From assembly GCA_022572685.1 (NCBI GenBank), contig JACZVL010000003.1:1-52031 (forward strand): 52,031 nucleotides of DNA, in the 5' to 3' direction. A program made the translations under genes and the position numbers. A model generated the notes under the pieces. That model was not told the origin of the DNA. It saw only the letters and a list, made by a program, of their open reading frames with translations, and ran no database searches. This DNA is from Pseudomonadota bacterium (lineage in GTDB: Bacteria; Pseudomonadota; Alphaproteobacteria; Kiloniellales; J153). Positions 1-10,287 of the stretch are shown piece after piece. Within the stretch, counting starts at the first letter, position 1, and every line of letters begins with the position of its first letter.

Positions 1-1257
1 TCGGTCGATGTCTCCGCGATCGTCTTCGGCCCCGGGGTCTTGGCCGAGGCCGGCGACCATGTGCGTGCGCGGGGCATCAAACGGGTCGCGCTGATGACCG
101 ACAAGGTCGTGGCCGGGCTCGAGCATCTGGCCACCCTGCGCGAGTCCCTGGAGGGCGCCGGGCTCGATGTCGTGCTCTACGACGAGGTCCGGGTCGAGCC
201 GACCGACCAGTCGTTCCTGGCGGCCGCCGATTTTGCCCGGGAGTGCGGCGCGGAAGGCTACGTCTCGCTCGGCGGCGGCTCGGTCCTCGACACCTGCAAG
301 GCGGCCAACCTCTACGCCAGCTATCCGGCCGAGTTCCTGACCTACGTGAACGCGCCGATCGGCGGCGGCCAGCCGGTGCCGGGGCCGCTCAAGCCCCACA
401 TCGCCTGCCCGACCACCGCGGGCACCGGCAGCGAGTGCACCGGAATCGCGATCTTCGATCTGCTGTCCCTGAAGGCCAAGACCGGCATCGTCTCGCGCCA
501 CCTGCGCCCGACCCTCGCGCTGGTCGATCCGGACTGCACCGCGACCCTGCCGACCAACGTGGTCGCGGCTTGCGGCTTCGACGTGCTCAGCCACGCGCTC
601 GAGTCCTATACCGCGATCGCCCACACAAAGCGCGCGCCGGCCGCGCGGCCGAGCCTGCGGCCGATGAGCCAGGGCGCCAATCCCTGGAGCGACATGGGCT
701 GCAAGGAGGCGCTTCGGCTGCTCGGCCGGTACCTGGTGCGGGCGGTGGGGGACGCGGGCGACCGGGAGGCGCGCGGCCAGCTGATGTGGGCCGCGACGCT
801 GGCCGGCATCGCCTTCGGCAACGCCGGCGTCCACGCGCCCCACGGCATGGCCTACGCGGTCGCCGGGCTGGTCCGGGACTTTCATCCGGAGGGCTATCCG
901 AACGACGGCCCGATCGTGCCCCACGGCATGTCGGTGATGGTCAACGCGCCGGCGGTGTTCCGCTTCACCGCCGCCGCCTGTCCGGAGCGCCACCTGGCCG
1001 CGGCCGGCTGGCTCGGCGCCGAGACCCGCGGGGCGGGGCCCGGGGACGCCGCCGAGGTGCTCTCGGGCCGGCTGATCGAGCTGATGCGCGCGACCGCCAT
1101 GCCGAATGGCATTGCCGGCGTCGGCTACGGCGAAGGCGACATCCCGGCGCTGACCGCGGGCGCCGCTCCCCAGCGCCGTCTGCTCGACAACGCGCCCTGT
1201 GCCATCGGCCGGGACGAACTGAGCGGCCTGTTCCGGGACGCGCTCAGCTACTGGTAG
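1..1257 (+). CDS. Hydroxyacid-oxoacid transhydrogenase (ADHFE1/HOT-like, iron-containing alcohol dehydrogenase family), 5'-truncated by window
   Basis: Open frame from base 1 ([14 protein letters not shown]...); motifs [50 protein letters not shown]. Confidence 0.88.
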   Translation, partial: SVDVSAIVFGPGVLAEAGDHVRARGIKRVALMTDKVVAGLEHLATLRESLEGAGLDVVLYDEVRVEPTDQSFLAAADFARECGAEGYVSLGGGSVLDTCKAANLYASYPAEFLTYVNAPIGGGQPVPGPLKPHIACPTTAGTGSECTGIAIFDLLSLKAKTGIVSRHLRPTLALVDPDCTATLPTNVVAACGFDVLSHALESYTAIAHTKRAPAARPSLRPMSQGANPWSDMGCKEALRLLGRYLVRAVGDAGDREARGQLMWAATLAGIAFGNAGVHAPHGMAYAVAGLVRDFHPEGYPNDGPIVPHGMSVMVNAPAVFRFTAAACPERHLAAAGWLGAETRGAGPGDAAEVLSGRLIELMRATAMPNGIAGVGYGEGDIPALTAGAAPQRRLLDNAPCAIGRDELSGLFRDALSYW

Positions 1258-1372
1258 GGCCCAGGTCGTGGCCTCACATAATCCGGCGAATTGGCCCTAG
1301 CCGCGCCTCGGCTCCAGGGACTAAGCTCCGGGCCAGGATTCGACAACACACTCGATGGGGTGGAACCGGGCC

Positions 1373-2692
1373 ATGACCGAAATCACCAAAATGCCAAACT
1401 CGCTCGAAGAGTACTGGATGCCGTTCACGGCCAACCGCGACTTCAAGGCCAATCCGCGGCTGATTACCGGCGCCCAGGGCATGTATTACACCACCCATCG
1501 GGGCGACCAGGTGCTCGACGCCTCGGCCGGGCTGTTCTGCGTGGCCGCCGGCCATGGGCGCAAGGAGATCGCCGAGGCGGCGCACAAGGCGCTGACCGAG
1601 CTCGACTACTGCCCGCCGTTCCAGTACGGCCATCCGCTGTCGTTCGAGCTGTCGCGCCGCCTGGCGGCGCTGACGCCGGGCGATCTCAATCACATCTTCT
1701 ATGGGAACTCAGGCTCCGAGGCCGTTGATTCGGCGTTGAAAATCTCACTCGCCTATCATCGGGCCAAGGGCGAGGGGCAGCGCACGCGCCTGGTCGGGCG
1801 CGAGCTCGCCTACCACGGCGTCAACTTCGGCGGCCTGACCGTGGCCGGGCTGGTCAACAACAAGCGCGTGTTCGGCCCCGGGCTGCCCGGCGCCCTGCAC
1901 CTGCGCCACACCCGCCTGCCCGAGCACCAGTTCGTGCGCGGCCAGCCGGAGACCGGGGCGGAGTTGGCCGAGGATCTGCAGCGCTTCGTCGAGCTCCACG
2001 GCGCCGACACCATCGCCGCCTGCATCGTCGAGCCGATCGCCGGCTCGGTCGGCTCGCTGGTGCCGCCCAAGGGCTACCTGGAACGCCTGCGCGAAATCTG
2101 CACCCAGCACGATATCGTGCTGATCTTCGACGAGGTGATCTGCGGTTTCGGGCGCACCGGCAAGCAGTTCGCCTCGGATTCCTTCGGCGTGGTGCCCGAC
2201 ATGATCACCATGGCCAAGGCGCTGACCAACGGCGTCGTGCCCATGGGCGCGGTCGCCTGCAGCGAAAATATCCACGAGACCATCACCGGCGCCGCGCCGG
2301 AACAGGCGATCGAGCTGTTCCACGGCTACACCTATTCGGGCTGCCCGGTGGCGGCGGCGGCGGGACTTGCGACCCGCGATATCTTCGAGCGGGAAGGCCT
2401 GGTCGAGCGCGCCGCAGAGATGGCGCCCAAGTTCCTGGACGCGCTGTTCGCGCTCCGGGACATCCCGGTGGTCACCGACATCCGCGGCTACGGCCTGCTC
2501 GGCACCCTCGACATGGCGCCGGTGGAGCGGCCGGGGGTGCGCGGCTACGCGGTCCTGCAGCAGCTCTACGACGCCGGGGTGATGACCAAGATCACCGGCG
2601 ACAGCGTGCTGCTCTCGCCGCCGCTGATTCTCGAGGACCGCCACATCGACGAGATGTTCACCAAGATCCGCGGCGTGCTCCAGGGGCAGTAA
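1373..2692 (+). CDS. Class III PLP aminotransferase (omega-amino acid:pyruvate aminotransferase-like)
   Basis: YWMPFTANR start, NSGSEAVD, YHG, FDEVICGFGRTG, PLP lysine in MAKALTNG, HGYTYSG; alternative start 1355. Confidence 0.92.
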   Translation: MTEITKMPNSLEEYWMPFTANRDFKANPRLITGAQGMYYTTHRGDQVLDASAGLFCVAAGHGRKEIAEAAHKALTELDYCPPFQYGHPLSFELSRRLAALTPGDLNHIFYGNSGSEAVDSALKISLAYHRAKGEGQRTRLVGRELAYHGVNFGGLTVAGLVNNKRVFGPGLPGALHLRHTRLPEHQFVRGQPETGAELAEDLQRFVELHGADTIAACIVEPIAGSVGSLVPPKGYLERLREICTQHDIVLIFDEVICGFGRTGKQFASDSFGVVPDMITMAKALTNGVVPMGAVACSENIHETITGAAPEQAIELFHGYTYSGCPVAAAAGLATRDIFEREGLVERAAEMAPKFLDALFALRDIPVVTDIRGYGLLGTLDMAPVERPGVRGYAVLQQLYDAGVMTKITGDSVLLSPPLILEDRHIDEMFTKIRGVLQGQ

Positions 2693-2709
2693 AACCAAGG
2701 ATCAAAGGA

Positions 2710-3597
2710 TCAGCCCTCCGGTGGCGGGGCGATGGCGTCCTCATAGGCGTGGCGCTGGGTGATGCGGCCGGCGTGCTCGAACACGTCGAGGGTCGCCTCA
2801 TAGGCTTGGCGCGTGATCTCGACATGCGGGCTCCAACAGCCCAGGGCCTGGTAGGCGGCGATGGTGTCGGTGAGGACGTCGATGTCGATCTCCGGGAACA
2901 GGGCCCGCTCGGCATGGGCGATCTCGGCGGCCGGGGTGGCGCCGATGTAGGCCCGGGTCTTGCGGTAGGCGCGCATGAAGGCCTTGGCCTCCTCGGTCGC
3001 CAGCCATTCCCGCGTCGCCGCCAGGCTGGAGAAGGCGCAGGGGCCGATCGGGTCGCCGACGCGGGCGACCACCTGGCCGACGCGGTCGTGCTCCAACTGC
3101 TGCGGCGCCGGGCCCTGCTGGTGGATGTAGTCGCCGGACCCATTGCGGAACGCCGCGTCCATCTCGGCGGCGCTGCCCGCGTCGACCGCCTCGATCGCGC
3201 CATAGTCGACCCCCGCCTTGTGGCAGGCGTAGCGGAACATGGCCAGCGGCTGGACGCCGTGGTCGACCAGGACTTGTCTGCCGGCGAGTGAGTCCCAGGA
3301 GAAGTCCGGGTCCGGCCCGCGCCCGGTGAGGAAAAACCCGTCCATCTCGTTGACCTGCGCGAAGTGCAGGGCCGGCGGGGTCTCGCCGCGCTCGAGCGCC
3401 GCGATCCCCTGCGAGGGCGCCGACTGCACCACCTCGGCGGTGCCGTTTTGCAAGGCCGCGATCGCGGTTACGCCGGGCGCCGCGATCGAATGCTCGGGCT
3501 CCAGGCCCTCGGCCTGCAGGAAGCCGCCGGTGAAGGTCGAGATCAGCGGGCTGTAGAAGGCGGAGAAACGGGTGAACTGAATGCGGATCTTGGTCAT
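2710..3597 (-). CDS. ABC transporter substrate-binding protein, NMT1/THI5/SsuA-like
   Basis: FSAFYSP...GFLQAEGL N-terminus typical of NMT1-like SBPs; no signal peptide and no adjacent cognate permease. Confidence 0.7.
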   Translation of the reverse strand: MTKIRIQFTRFSAFYSPLISTFTGGFLQAEGLEPEHSIAAPGVTAIAALQNGTAEVVQSAPSQGIAALERGETPPALHFAQVNEMDGFFLTGRGPDPDFSWDSLAGRQVLVDHGVQPLAMFRYACHKAGVDYGAIEAVDAGSAAEMDAAFRNGSGDYIHQQGPAPQQLEHDRVGQVVARVGDPIGPCAFSSLAATREWLATEEAKAFMRAYRKTRAYIGATPAAEIAHAERALFPEIDIDVLTDTIAAYQALGCWSPHVEITRQAYEATLDVFEHAGRITQRHAYEDAIAPPPEG

Positions 3598-3864
3598 GGA
3601 TGTCAGCCTCGCGGATCGATCGGAAGGGTGCGGCGGGGGGCCGGGCCGTTGTCGGCCGGAAGCGGCCGGACCGGGATGTTATACCAAAGGTCCCTGATAT
3701 TGACCCATGGAGACGGTTTTCCAAGGTTTTCGGCCCGCGAGGCGTGTTTTCCCGCTGGATCAAAGACCTTGAAGGAAATCGCCGGTTCTGGCACCGTAGC
3801 GCCCTGTGATTTCGGCACGATAATCAGAATCTGCCTCAAGGAGGCACATAGCAGGGAGAGTCCG

Positions 3865-5103
3865 ATGAAGAGATTTGGTTTGTTGGCCGCCACCGCCATC
3901 CTGGCCCTGGCGGCGTATAGCGGCGCGGCGGAAGCCCAGAGTTGCCCGATCAAGATCGGCGGTCTGACGCCGCTGTCGGCGCCCGGCGCGGTCGGCGCCG
4001 GCGAGGGCATGCGCGCGGCGATGCTGATTGCCGAGAAAGACATCAACGCCGCCGGCGGTATCCTTGGCTGCGACCTCAAGGTGATCATCGCCGATACCGA
4101 GGGCCTGCCGGAAAAGGCGTCGGCCATGATGGAGAAGCTGATCACCCAGGACGGCGTGGTCGCGGTCGGCGGTGCTTATCATAGCTCGGTCGGCGTGGCC
4201 TCGAAGGACGTCGCCAACAACCGCAAGATCCCGGTGGTCTTCGCCGAGACCTGGAACGACACCATCACCGGCGACAAGCAGAAGTTCATCTTCCGCATCG
4301 CGCCCTTGAGTTCCTGGGCGTCTTCCACCCTGTGGCAGGCGGCGCTGCTGGTTCCCAACATCAAGAAGGTCGCGATCCTGACCGAGAACACCGACTACGG
4401 CATTCCCGCCGCCCAAGAGACCAGCAAGGGCCTGGCGAGTGGCGGCGTCGAGGCGGTGACCTTCAGCGTCGATATCGGCACCCAGGATTACGCCGGCATC
4501 GTCGAGCGCATGAAGGCCGAAAAGCCGGACTACATCATCGTGCTCGCCACCGGCGAAGCGGGCTACAACTTCGCCCAGCAGGCCGCCGACGCCGGCATGG
4601 GGCCGCAGGACATTCCCTTCCAGGCCGGTCAGGTGGCGCTCGAAAGCAAGGCCTATTGGGAAAACGTTCCCGACGGCAACTTCGCCTTCGTGCAGCGGAT
4701 CGGCACGCCGGCGAACCTGTGGAGCGAGAAGGCGCTGGCTTTGAACGAAGCCTATAAGGCCGTGACCAATCGGGGCGTCATCGAGAGCTATTCGATGGAA
4801 GCCTATGACTCGATCGCGATTCTCGCCCAGGCCATCAACGAGGCCGGCACCACCGACGGCGACGCCATCGTCGCGGCGCTGGAGGGGATCAGTCACGAAG
4901 GCACCCTGGGGCGCATCTACTTCCCCTACGGGACCAAGAAGGACCCGAGCGTGGACGGCAAGGGCGACGAGTGGTGGCACCAGTGGCCCGATGTGGCGTT
5001 GACGATGATCCAGTATCAGGAAGAGGGGCAGAGTTCGGTCGACGCCCCGATCGTCTGGCCGGATGCCTACAAGACCGGCGAGCCCATCTACGTCAACCAG
5101 TAG
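3865..5103 (+). CDS. Branched-chain amino acid-type ABC transporter substrate-binding protein (LivJ/LivK family)
   Basis: RBS GGGAG; signal peptide MKRFGLLAATAILALAAYSGAAEA; IKIG..PLS.PG, INAAGGILG, YDSI motifs. Confidence 0.9.
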   Translation: MKRFGLLAATAILALAAYSGAAEAQSCPIKIGGLTPLSAPGAVGAGEGMRAAMLIAEKDINAAGGILGCDLKVIIADTEGLPEKASAMMEKLITQDGVVAVGGAYHSSVGVASKDVANNRKIPVVFAETWNDTITGDKQKFIFRIAPLSSWASSTLWQAALLVPNIKKVAILTENTDYGIPAAQETSKGLASGGVEAVTFSVDIGTQDYAGIVERMKAEKPDYIIVLATGEAGYNFAQQAADAGMGPQDIPFQAGQVALESKAYWENVPDGNFAFVQRIGTPANLWSEKALALNEAYKAVTNRGVIESYSMEAYDSIAILAQAINEAGTTDGDAIVAALEGISHEGTLGRIYFPYGTKKDPSVDGKGDEWWHQWPDVALTMIQYQEEGQSSVDAPIVWPDAYKTGEPIYVNQ

Positions 5104-5137
5104 GCGGCCGGTAAACGGATTTCCGACCCATGAGACC

Positions 5138-5176
5138 CCGCCGGCGGCCTCCGCGTTTCGCGGAGGCCGCCGGCGG
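5138..5176 (+). terminator. Perfect 18-bp GC-rich hairpin after the SBP gene (mRNA stabiliser or partial terminator)
   Basis: CCGCCGGCGGCCTCCGCG-TTT-CGCGGAGGCCGCCGGCGG; no U-tract follows. Confidence 0.6.
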
Positions 5177-5228
5177 ACCTCGTGAAAATCACATCTTTTC
5201 CATGACCGGGACGCGGGCGGGGTAGAGC

Positions 5229-6497
5229 GTGGAGTTTCCGCATATCTTCTGGGGAGTGTTCGGCTGGATGATCTTCTGGGCGGTGACCGGGAGCATCGCC
5301 ACCCGCTACTTCTATCTGCGCCGGGACCTGGATACCTCGAACGCGCCTTTCGTCGGCGCCATGCTGGGCGCCTCGACGGGTCCTATCGGCCTGGTGCCGC
5401 TGTGCCTGAACACGCCCGAACTCACCACCCGCTTGATGGTGATGCCGGCGCTGGCGTCGGTCGGCGTGCTGATGATCGCCTTCGGTTTCGCCGACCCGGA
5501 GAACTTCTGCGTCGCCAACGGCTCTTTCGTCGCCTCGCAGATCGTCAACGGGCTGATCATCGGCATCATCTACGGCTTCATGGCGCTGGGGCTGACGCTG
5601 ATCTTCTCGATCCTCGGCGTGGTCAGCTTCGCCCACGGCGAGTTCTACATGATCGGCGGCATGATCACCTATTTCCTGACCAAGGTTTGGCTTCCCGGCA
5701 TCAACCCGATCCTTGCCATCTCGCTCGCCTGCCTCGCCGCCTTCGCCATCGGCGCGGCTTTCGAGCGGATGTTCCTGACGCCGATGTACGAGGGCAAGGT
5801 CGACCGGCCGGTCGAATACGGCATCCTGGTGACCTTCGGCCTAGCCTTCACGATACAGTATTTCGTCCAGGCCACGGCCGGCGCCAACCCGTTGAAGGCG
5901 AGCCGGTACTTCGATTTCCCCCGCATCCGTCTGCCGTCGAGCGCCGATCCCTGGCTGATCAAGACCAGCCGCGGGAATATGGAGCTGTTCGAGACCATAT
6001 CGATTTCCAACCCCCGCTTCACGGCGGCGGTGATGTGCATCATCGTGTTCGGCGCGCTGATGTTCTTCCTGCACCGCACCTGGACCGGCAAGGCGCTGCG
6101 CGCGGTCAGCCAGGACCGCGAGGCGGCGGCCATCGCCGGCATCAACCCCGACCGCATGAACATGCTGGCCTTCGCGCTCGGCGGCATGATCGCGGCCCTC
6201 GCCGGCGCCATGCTGGTGCAGGCGTTCTCCTGGCTGCCCCAGGTCGGCGCCATACCGGCCATGCGGTCGTTCGTGATCCTGGTCCTCGGCGGCTTGGGCT
6301 CGATCCCCGGCGCCTTCGTCGGCGGGGTCATCGTCGGGCTGTTCGAGGCGGCGGGCACCGGCTGCCTGCCGGACCCCCAGAAGGCGGCCTCCTATATCCC
6401 CGCCTACGGCATGATCATCCTCACGCTCACGCTATTGCTGCGACCGACCGGGCTGTTCGGCCGCCGCTTCGCCACCGGCGCGCACGGTAAATTTTGA
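5229..6497 (+). CDS. LivH-family ABC permease with N-terminal extension
   Basis: QIVNGL..G.IY.FMALGLTLIF...SFAHGE, GKALRAVSQD, VLGGLGSIPGA. Confidence 0.9.
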   Translation: MEFPHIFWGVFGWMIFWAVTGSIATRYFYLRRDLDTSNAPFVGAMLGASTGPIGLVPLCLNTPELTTRLMVMPALASVGVLMIAFGFADPENFCVANGSFVASQIVNGLIIGIIYGFMALGLTLIFSILGVVSFAHGEFYMIGGMITYFLTKVWLPGINPILAISLACLAAFAIGAAFERMFLTPMYEGKVDRPVEYGILVTFGLAFTIQYFVQATAGANPLKASRYFDFPRIRLPSSADPWLIKTSRGNMELFETISISNPRFTAAVMCIIVFGALMFFLHRTWTGKALRAVSQDREAAAIAGINPDRMNMLAFALGGMIAALAGAMLVQAFSWLPQVGAIPAMRSFVILVLGGLGSIPGAFVGGVIVGLFEAAGTGCLPDPQKAASYIPAYGMIILTLTLLLRPTGLFGRRFATGAHGKF

Positions 6498-7708
6498 CCA
6501 GGTCGCGCATACCGCAAGCGGCGGGGCTGTTCCTGGTCCTGTTCTTCGCGATCTTTCCGTTCGTCTACAGCGCGAACGACTATCCCTACATCATGCACAC
6601 CCTCATCGCGTGTTTTTACTACGCGATCCTGGCCTCGAGCTGGTCGATGCTGTCGGGTTACGCCGGACAGTTTTCGTTCGGTCACATGGGGTTTACGGGT
6701 GTCGGGGCCTATACCGCGGCGTTGTTCAGCCATTATTTCTATCTGTCGCCGGTGCCGACCGGATTTTGCACCGAATTTCTCATCGGCGACCAATATCTGG
6801 TCATCGTCGATGCGATCGGCGTCACCTCGTCGACCCTGACCCAGGACTGCCTGCGCAAGGCGCTCGCGGTGTGGGACGGCAGTGTCCAGATCACCCCCAT
6901 GCCGGTCTGGCTCGGCATCGCGCTGGGCACCATCATGGGCGGCGTATTCGGCCTGCTGATCGGGCTTTTGGTGCTGCCCTTGCGGGCCGCTTATCTGGCC
7001 TTGTTCACCCTGGGATTTTCGGAAATTCTGCGCGCCACGATCAGCGCGGAGATCGCGATTACCCGTGGCCAGGCGGGCATCGAGTTGCCCTATCTGTTCG
7101 ACAGCGGCATCACCCTGTTCGGCCGCCATTTCGATAAGACCGACAAGCTGCCGCCCTATTTCGTGATGCTGTTCCTGCTTCTGACCTGCCTCGCCATCAT
7201 GTTCTGGCTGACCAAATCCAAGTTCGGCCTGTTCGTGCGCGCGTTGCGCGAGGACCAGGACGCGGCGGCGGCGCTCGGCGTCAACACCACGCGCTACAAG
7301 ATCCTGGTGTTCGTCATCACCTCGATGATGGCGGCGGCGGCCGGCGCGGTGATGGCCCATTACATCCGTATCATCACGCCCAACAATCTGATGATCCTGC
7401 AGATGAGCCTGGTGGTCGCCATGGCGGTGATCGGCGGAGTCGAGAACGTGATCGCCGCGGCGATCGGCGCGATCCTCATCAACTTCGCGCTGGAGCTGCT
7501 GCGCAACTCCTTCGAGATCGGCCCCTTCACGCTCGATATGACGATCTGGCGTCTGGTGGTCTTTGGCGTGTTGCTGATGGTAACTCTGCGGTTCTTCCGC
7601 AACGGGCTGATCGCGCCTTTGATCGACCATTTCACGCGCGGCCATGTCGCCGCCGAGACGGTGGCCCAGCGCAAGGTGGCCGCGGACCAGGCGGGGGGCG
7701 CTTCATGA
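6494..7708 (+). CDS. LivM-family ABC permease
   Basis: GYAGQFSFGH, LRAAYLALFTLGFSE, RALREDQDAA.ALG; 4-nt overlap with previous stop. Confidence 0.9.
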   Translation: MTRSRIPQAAGLFLVLFFAIFPFVYSANDYPYIMHTLIACFYYAILASSWSMLSGYAGQFSFGHMGFTGVGAYTAALFSHYFYLSPVPTGFCTEFLIGDQYLVIVDAIGVTSSTLTQDCLRKALAVWDGSVQITPMPVWLGIALGTIMGGVFGLLIGLLVLPLRAAYLALFTLGFSEILRATISAEIAITRGQAGIELPYLFDSGITLFGRHFDKTDKLPPYFVMLFLLLTCLAIMFWLTKSKFGLFVRALREDQDAAAALGVNTTRYKILVFVITSMMAAAAGAVMAHYIRIITPNNLMILQMSLVVAMAVIGGVENVIAAAIGAILINFALELLRNSFEIGPFTLDMTIWRLVVFGVLLMVTLRFFRNGLIAPLIDHFTRGHVAAETVAQRKVAADQAGGAS

Positions 7709-8466
7709 CCAATCTGGTGGTCACGAACCTGAACAAGCGCTTCGGCGGGCTCCACGTTCTCAAGGACGTCAACTTCGAGATCAACGGGCCGGAGCTGATC
7801 GGCCTGATCGGGCCCAACGGCGCCGGCAAGACGACCGTGACCAACATCCTGGACGGCGCGATCAAGCCCAACAGCGGCACGGTCTATCTGAACGGCCAGC
7901 GCATCGACCAGCTCCAGCCCTACCAGGTGGCGCGCGCGGGCCTGGGCCGGACCTTCCAGGTGACCCGTTCGTTCCGGCGCATGTCCGTGCTCGATAACCT
8001 CTTCGTGCCGGCGCTGGCGCTCAACCGCGGCAACAGCCGGGCCGAGATCGAAGAGAAGGCCATGGAGGTGCTCGAGTTCCTGACCATGGCGCACCTGCGC
8101 AACGAATATGCCCGGGCGCTGTCCGGCGGCCAGCAGAAGCTGCTCGAGCTCGGCCGCCTGCTGATGCTCGACCCGGAGGTGATCATCCTCGACGAGCCCT
8201 TCGCCGGCGTGCACCCGCAGCTCATGAAAGTCATCTACAGCTACATAGAGCGGGTCAACGACGCCGGCACGGCGATCATCCTGATCAGCCACCAGATGGA
8301 CTCGATCTTCACCCTGTGCCGGCGCCTGCTGGTGCTCAACTACGGCGATTTGATCGCCGACGGCGTGCCCGACGACGTCAAGCGCGACCCCGCCGTGATC
8401 GAGGCCTATCTGGGAGTCGAGGAAGAAGACACCGGCGCCGGGAAAGGGGGCCGGGCCCAGCCATGA
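7705..8466 (+). CDS. LivG-family ABC ATP-binding protein
   Basis: Walker A GPNGAGKT, RTFQ, LSGGQ, LDEP, VIEAYLG. Confidence 0.92.
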   Translation: MTNLVVTNLNKRFGGLHVLKDVNFEINGPELIGLIGPNGAGKTTVTNILDGAIKPNSGTVYLNGQRIDQLQPYQVARAGLGRTFQVTRSFRRMSVLDNLFVPALALNRGNSRAEIEEKAMEVLEFLTMAHLRNEYARALSGGQQKLLELGRLLMLDPEVIILDEPFAGVHPQLMKVIYSYIERVNDAGTAIILISHQMDSIFTLCRRLLVLNYGDLIADGVPDDVKRDPAVIEAYLGVEEEDTGAGKGGRAQP

Positions 8467-9197
8467 CCGAAGCGACTTCGGAAGCCCGGGTCATTCTCGA
8501 GATCAGCGATCTTGACGTTGGCTACTACAAGGACCTGAACATCATTCAGGGCCTCAATATCAAGGCCCGCGAGAACCAGATCACCGCGATCCTGGGGGCC
8601 AACGGGGTCGGCAAGTCGACCGCGCTCAAGGCGATGTTCGGTTTCCTGCGCCCCAACGCGGGCGAGATCCTGCTCGATGGCGAAAGCATCCTCGAGGTCC
8701 CGACCTACGAGAGGATTCTCAAGGGCCTGGCCTACATCCCGCAGCAGCCGGGCGTGTTCAAGGACATGTCCGTCGAGGAGAACCTGCAGCTCGGCGGCTG
8801 GACCTTCCGGCGCAACAAGAAGCTGGTCCGCGAAAAGATGGAGGCCAACTACGAGCGCTTCCCGGCGCTGCGCGACAAGCGCAAGCAGATCACCGGCGAG
8901 CTCTCCGGCGGCCAGCAACGCATGGTCGAGATCAGCCGCACCCTGATGGCCGATCCCAAGATGCTGCTGATCGACGAACCCACGGCGGGCCTGTCCAAGA
9001 TGCTGGCCGAGGAAGTCTACGAGATGCTGACCGTGCTGACCTCGCGGGACAACCTGACCATCCTGATCGTCGACCAGGAGATTCGTCAGGCCCTCAAGAT
9101 TTCCGACTACGTCTACGTGCTCGAACTCGGCCGCAACAAGTTCGAGGGCGCGCCGTCGGATTTCGACGACCTGGAAAAAGCCTTCTGGGTCGGCTGA
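8463..9197 (+). CDS. LivF-family ABC ATP-binding protein
   Basis: ATGA overlap; GANGVGKST, LSGGQQRM, IDEPTAGL. Confidence 0.92.
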   Translation: MTEATSEARVILEISDLDVGYYKDLNIIQGLNIKARENQITAILGANGVGKSTALKAMFGFLRPNAGEILLDGESILEVPTYERILKGLAYIPQQPGVFKDMSVEENLQLGGWTFRRNKKLVREKMEANYERFPALRDKRKQITGELSGGQQRMVEISRTLMADPKMLLIDEPTAGLSKMLAEEVYEMLTVLTSRDNLTILIVDQEIRQALKISDYVYVLELGRNKFEGAPSDFDDLEKAFWVG

Positions 9198-9319
9198 GCC
9201 GCGGGGCCGGGGAGCGACCCCGCGCCCATGGACCCACCCGATCCAATCGACCCGATCGCGCACTTGGATATCGGGGTGGTAACGACCCCCTCCGGCGTTC
9301 GGGACCAGGATCGCCGCGG

Positions 9320-10084
9320 CTACCCCAAGGCCGCCCGCAACAGGCCGGCGGTGGCGAGGAAGATCAGCAGGATCAGGGTGAAGCGGCGGAACGACCGTGG
9401 CGAGGTCTTGAGGAAGTGCCGGTTGCCGAGCCAGACGCCGAGGAACAGCGGGATACAGAACAGCGCCGTGCGCAGCAGCACCTCTTGGGTGACCAGGCCG
9501 TTGATCCAGGCCACGCCGGTGCCGTAGATATCGGCGATCATCAGGTAGACGATCAGCGTCGCCCGCGAGGTCGCGATCGCGGCGGCGCTATAGAGGAAGA
9601 ACAGGACCACCGGCAGGCCGCCGACCGCGGCGGCGCCGTTGGCGATGCCCGAGGCCACGCCGGTGCCTAAAATTGTCGGCCCGCCCGGTCGGGAGCCGGC
9701 TTGCGCGCCGCGCCAAATGAGCGCGCAGGCGAGCAGCACCAAGAGCGAGATCACCACGCGCATGACATCGGCCGGCAACGCCGCCAGCAGCGCGAAGCCG
9801 GCCGGCATGCCGAGCGCCGCCCCGGTCAGCAGCCATGCCATGGTGCGCCAGGGCACGTCCTTCCAGACCTGGGCGAGCAGGCCGAGGCTGGCGGCGATTT
9901 CGAGCAGCAGCGAGATCGGCACGACCTCGGCCGGCGGCAAGACGAGCGTCAGGCTGGTCACGATCAGCGCCGAGGCGCCGAAGCCGCTGTAGCCGCGCAC
10001 CACGGCCGCGGCGAAGACCACGACCAGCGCGTAGGCCAGGGTCGGCGCGTCCAGTCCGGCGAAAATCTGCGGTGCCGAGTCCAC
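9320..10084 (-). CDS. TauE/SafE-family sulfite/sulfonate exporter
   Basis: Hydrophobic 254 aa with VRGYSGFG and second-repeat G.A.G.AAVGG.P motifs. Confidence 0.8.
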   Translation of the reverse strand: MDSAPQIFAGLDAPTLAYALVVVFAAAVVRGYSGFGASALIVTSLTLVLPPAEVVPISLLLEIAASLGLLAQVWKDVPWRTMAWLLTGAALGMPAGFALLAALPADVMRVVISLLVLLACALIWRGAQAGSRPGGPTILGTGVASGIANGAAAVGGLPVVLFFLYSAAAIATSRATLIVYLMIADIYGTGVAWINGLVTQEVLLRTALFCIPLFLGVWLGNRHFLKTSPRSFRRFTLILLIFLATAGLLRAALG

Positions 10085-10287
10085 CGCGATTTATACCAGG
10101 GATCAGGCGACCGTGTAGTCCTTGTACTTGTCCAACAGGCGCACCGGCTGTTTCAGCGCCTCGCGGCGGAAGGTCGTTCGCATGCCCGCGAAGCCGGGGC
10201 CCGATTGCAGGGACGGGCCGGACTTGTTACCAATTCACGCAACTTATCCATCCAGGCAATTGAAACCCACGAGGGACCTCTCGAATA

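Noticed and set aside
3789-3830. Sigma54 promoter (TGGCAC/CGGCAC) upstream of the SBP gene
   Set aside because: No GC at the required -12 spacing
3364-3864. N-terminal extension of the 579-aa SBP ORF
   Set aside because: Overlaps the opposite-strand gene; RBS and signal peptide point to a start at 3865
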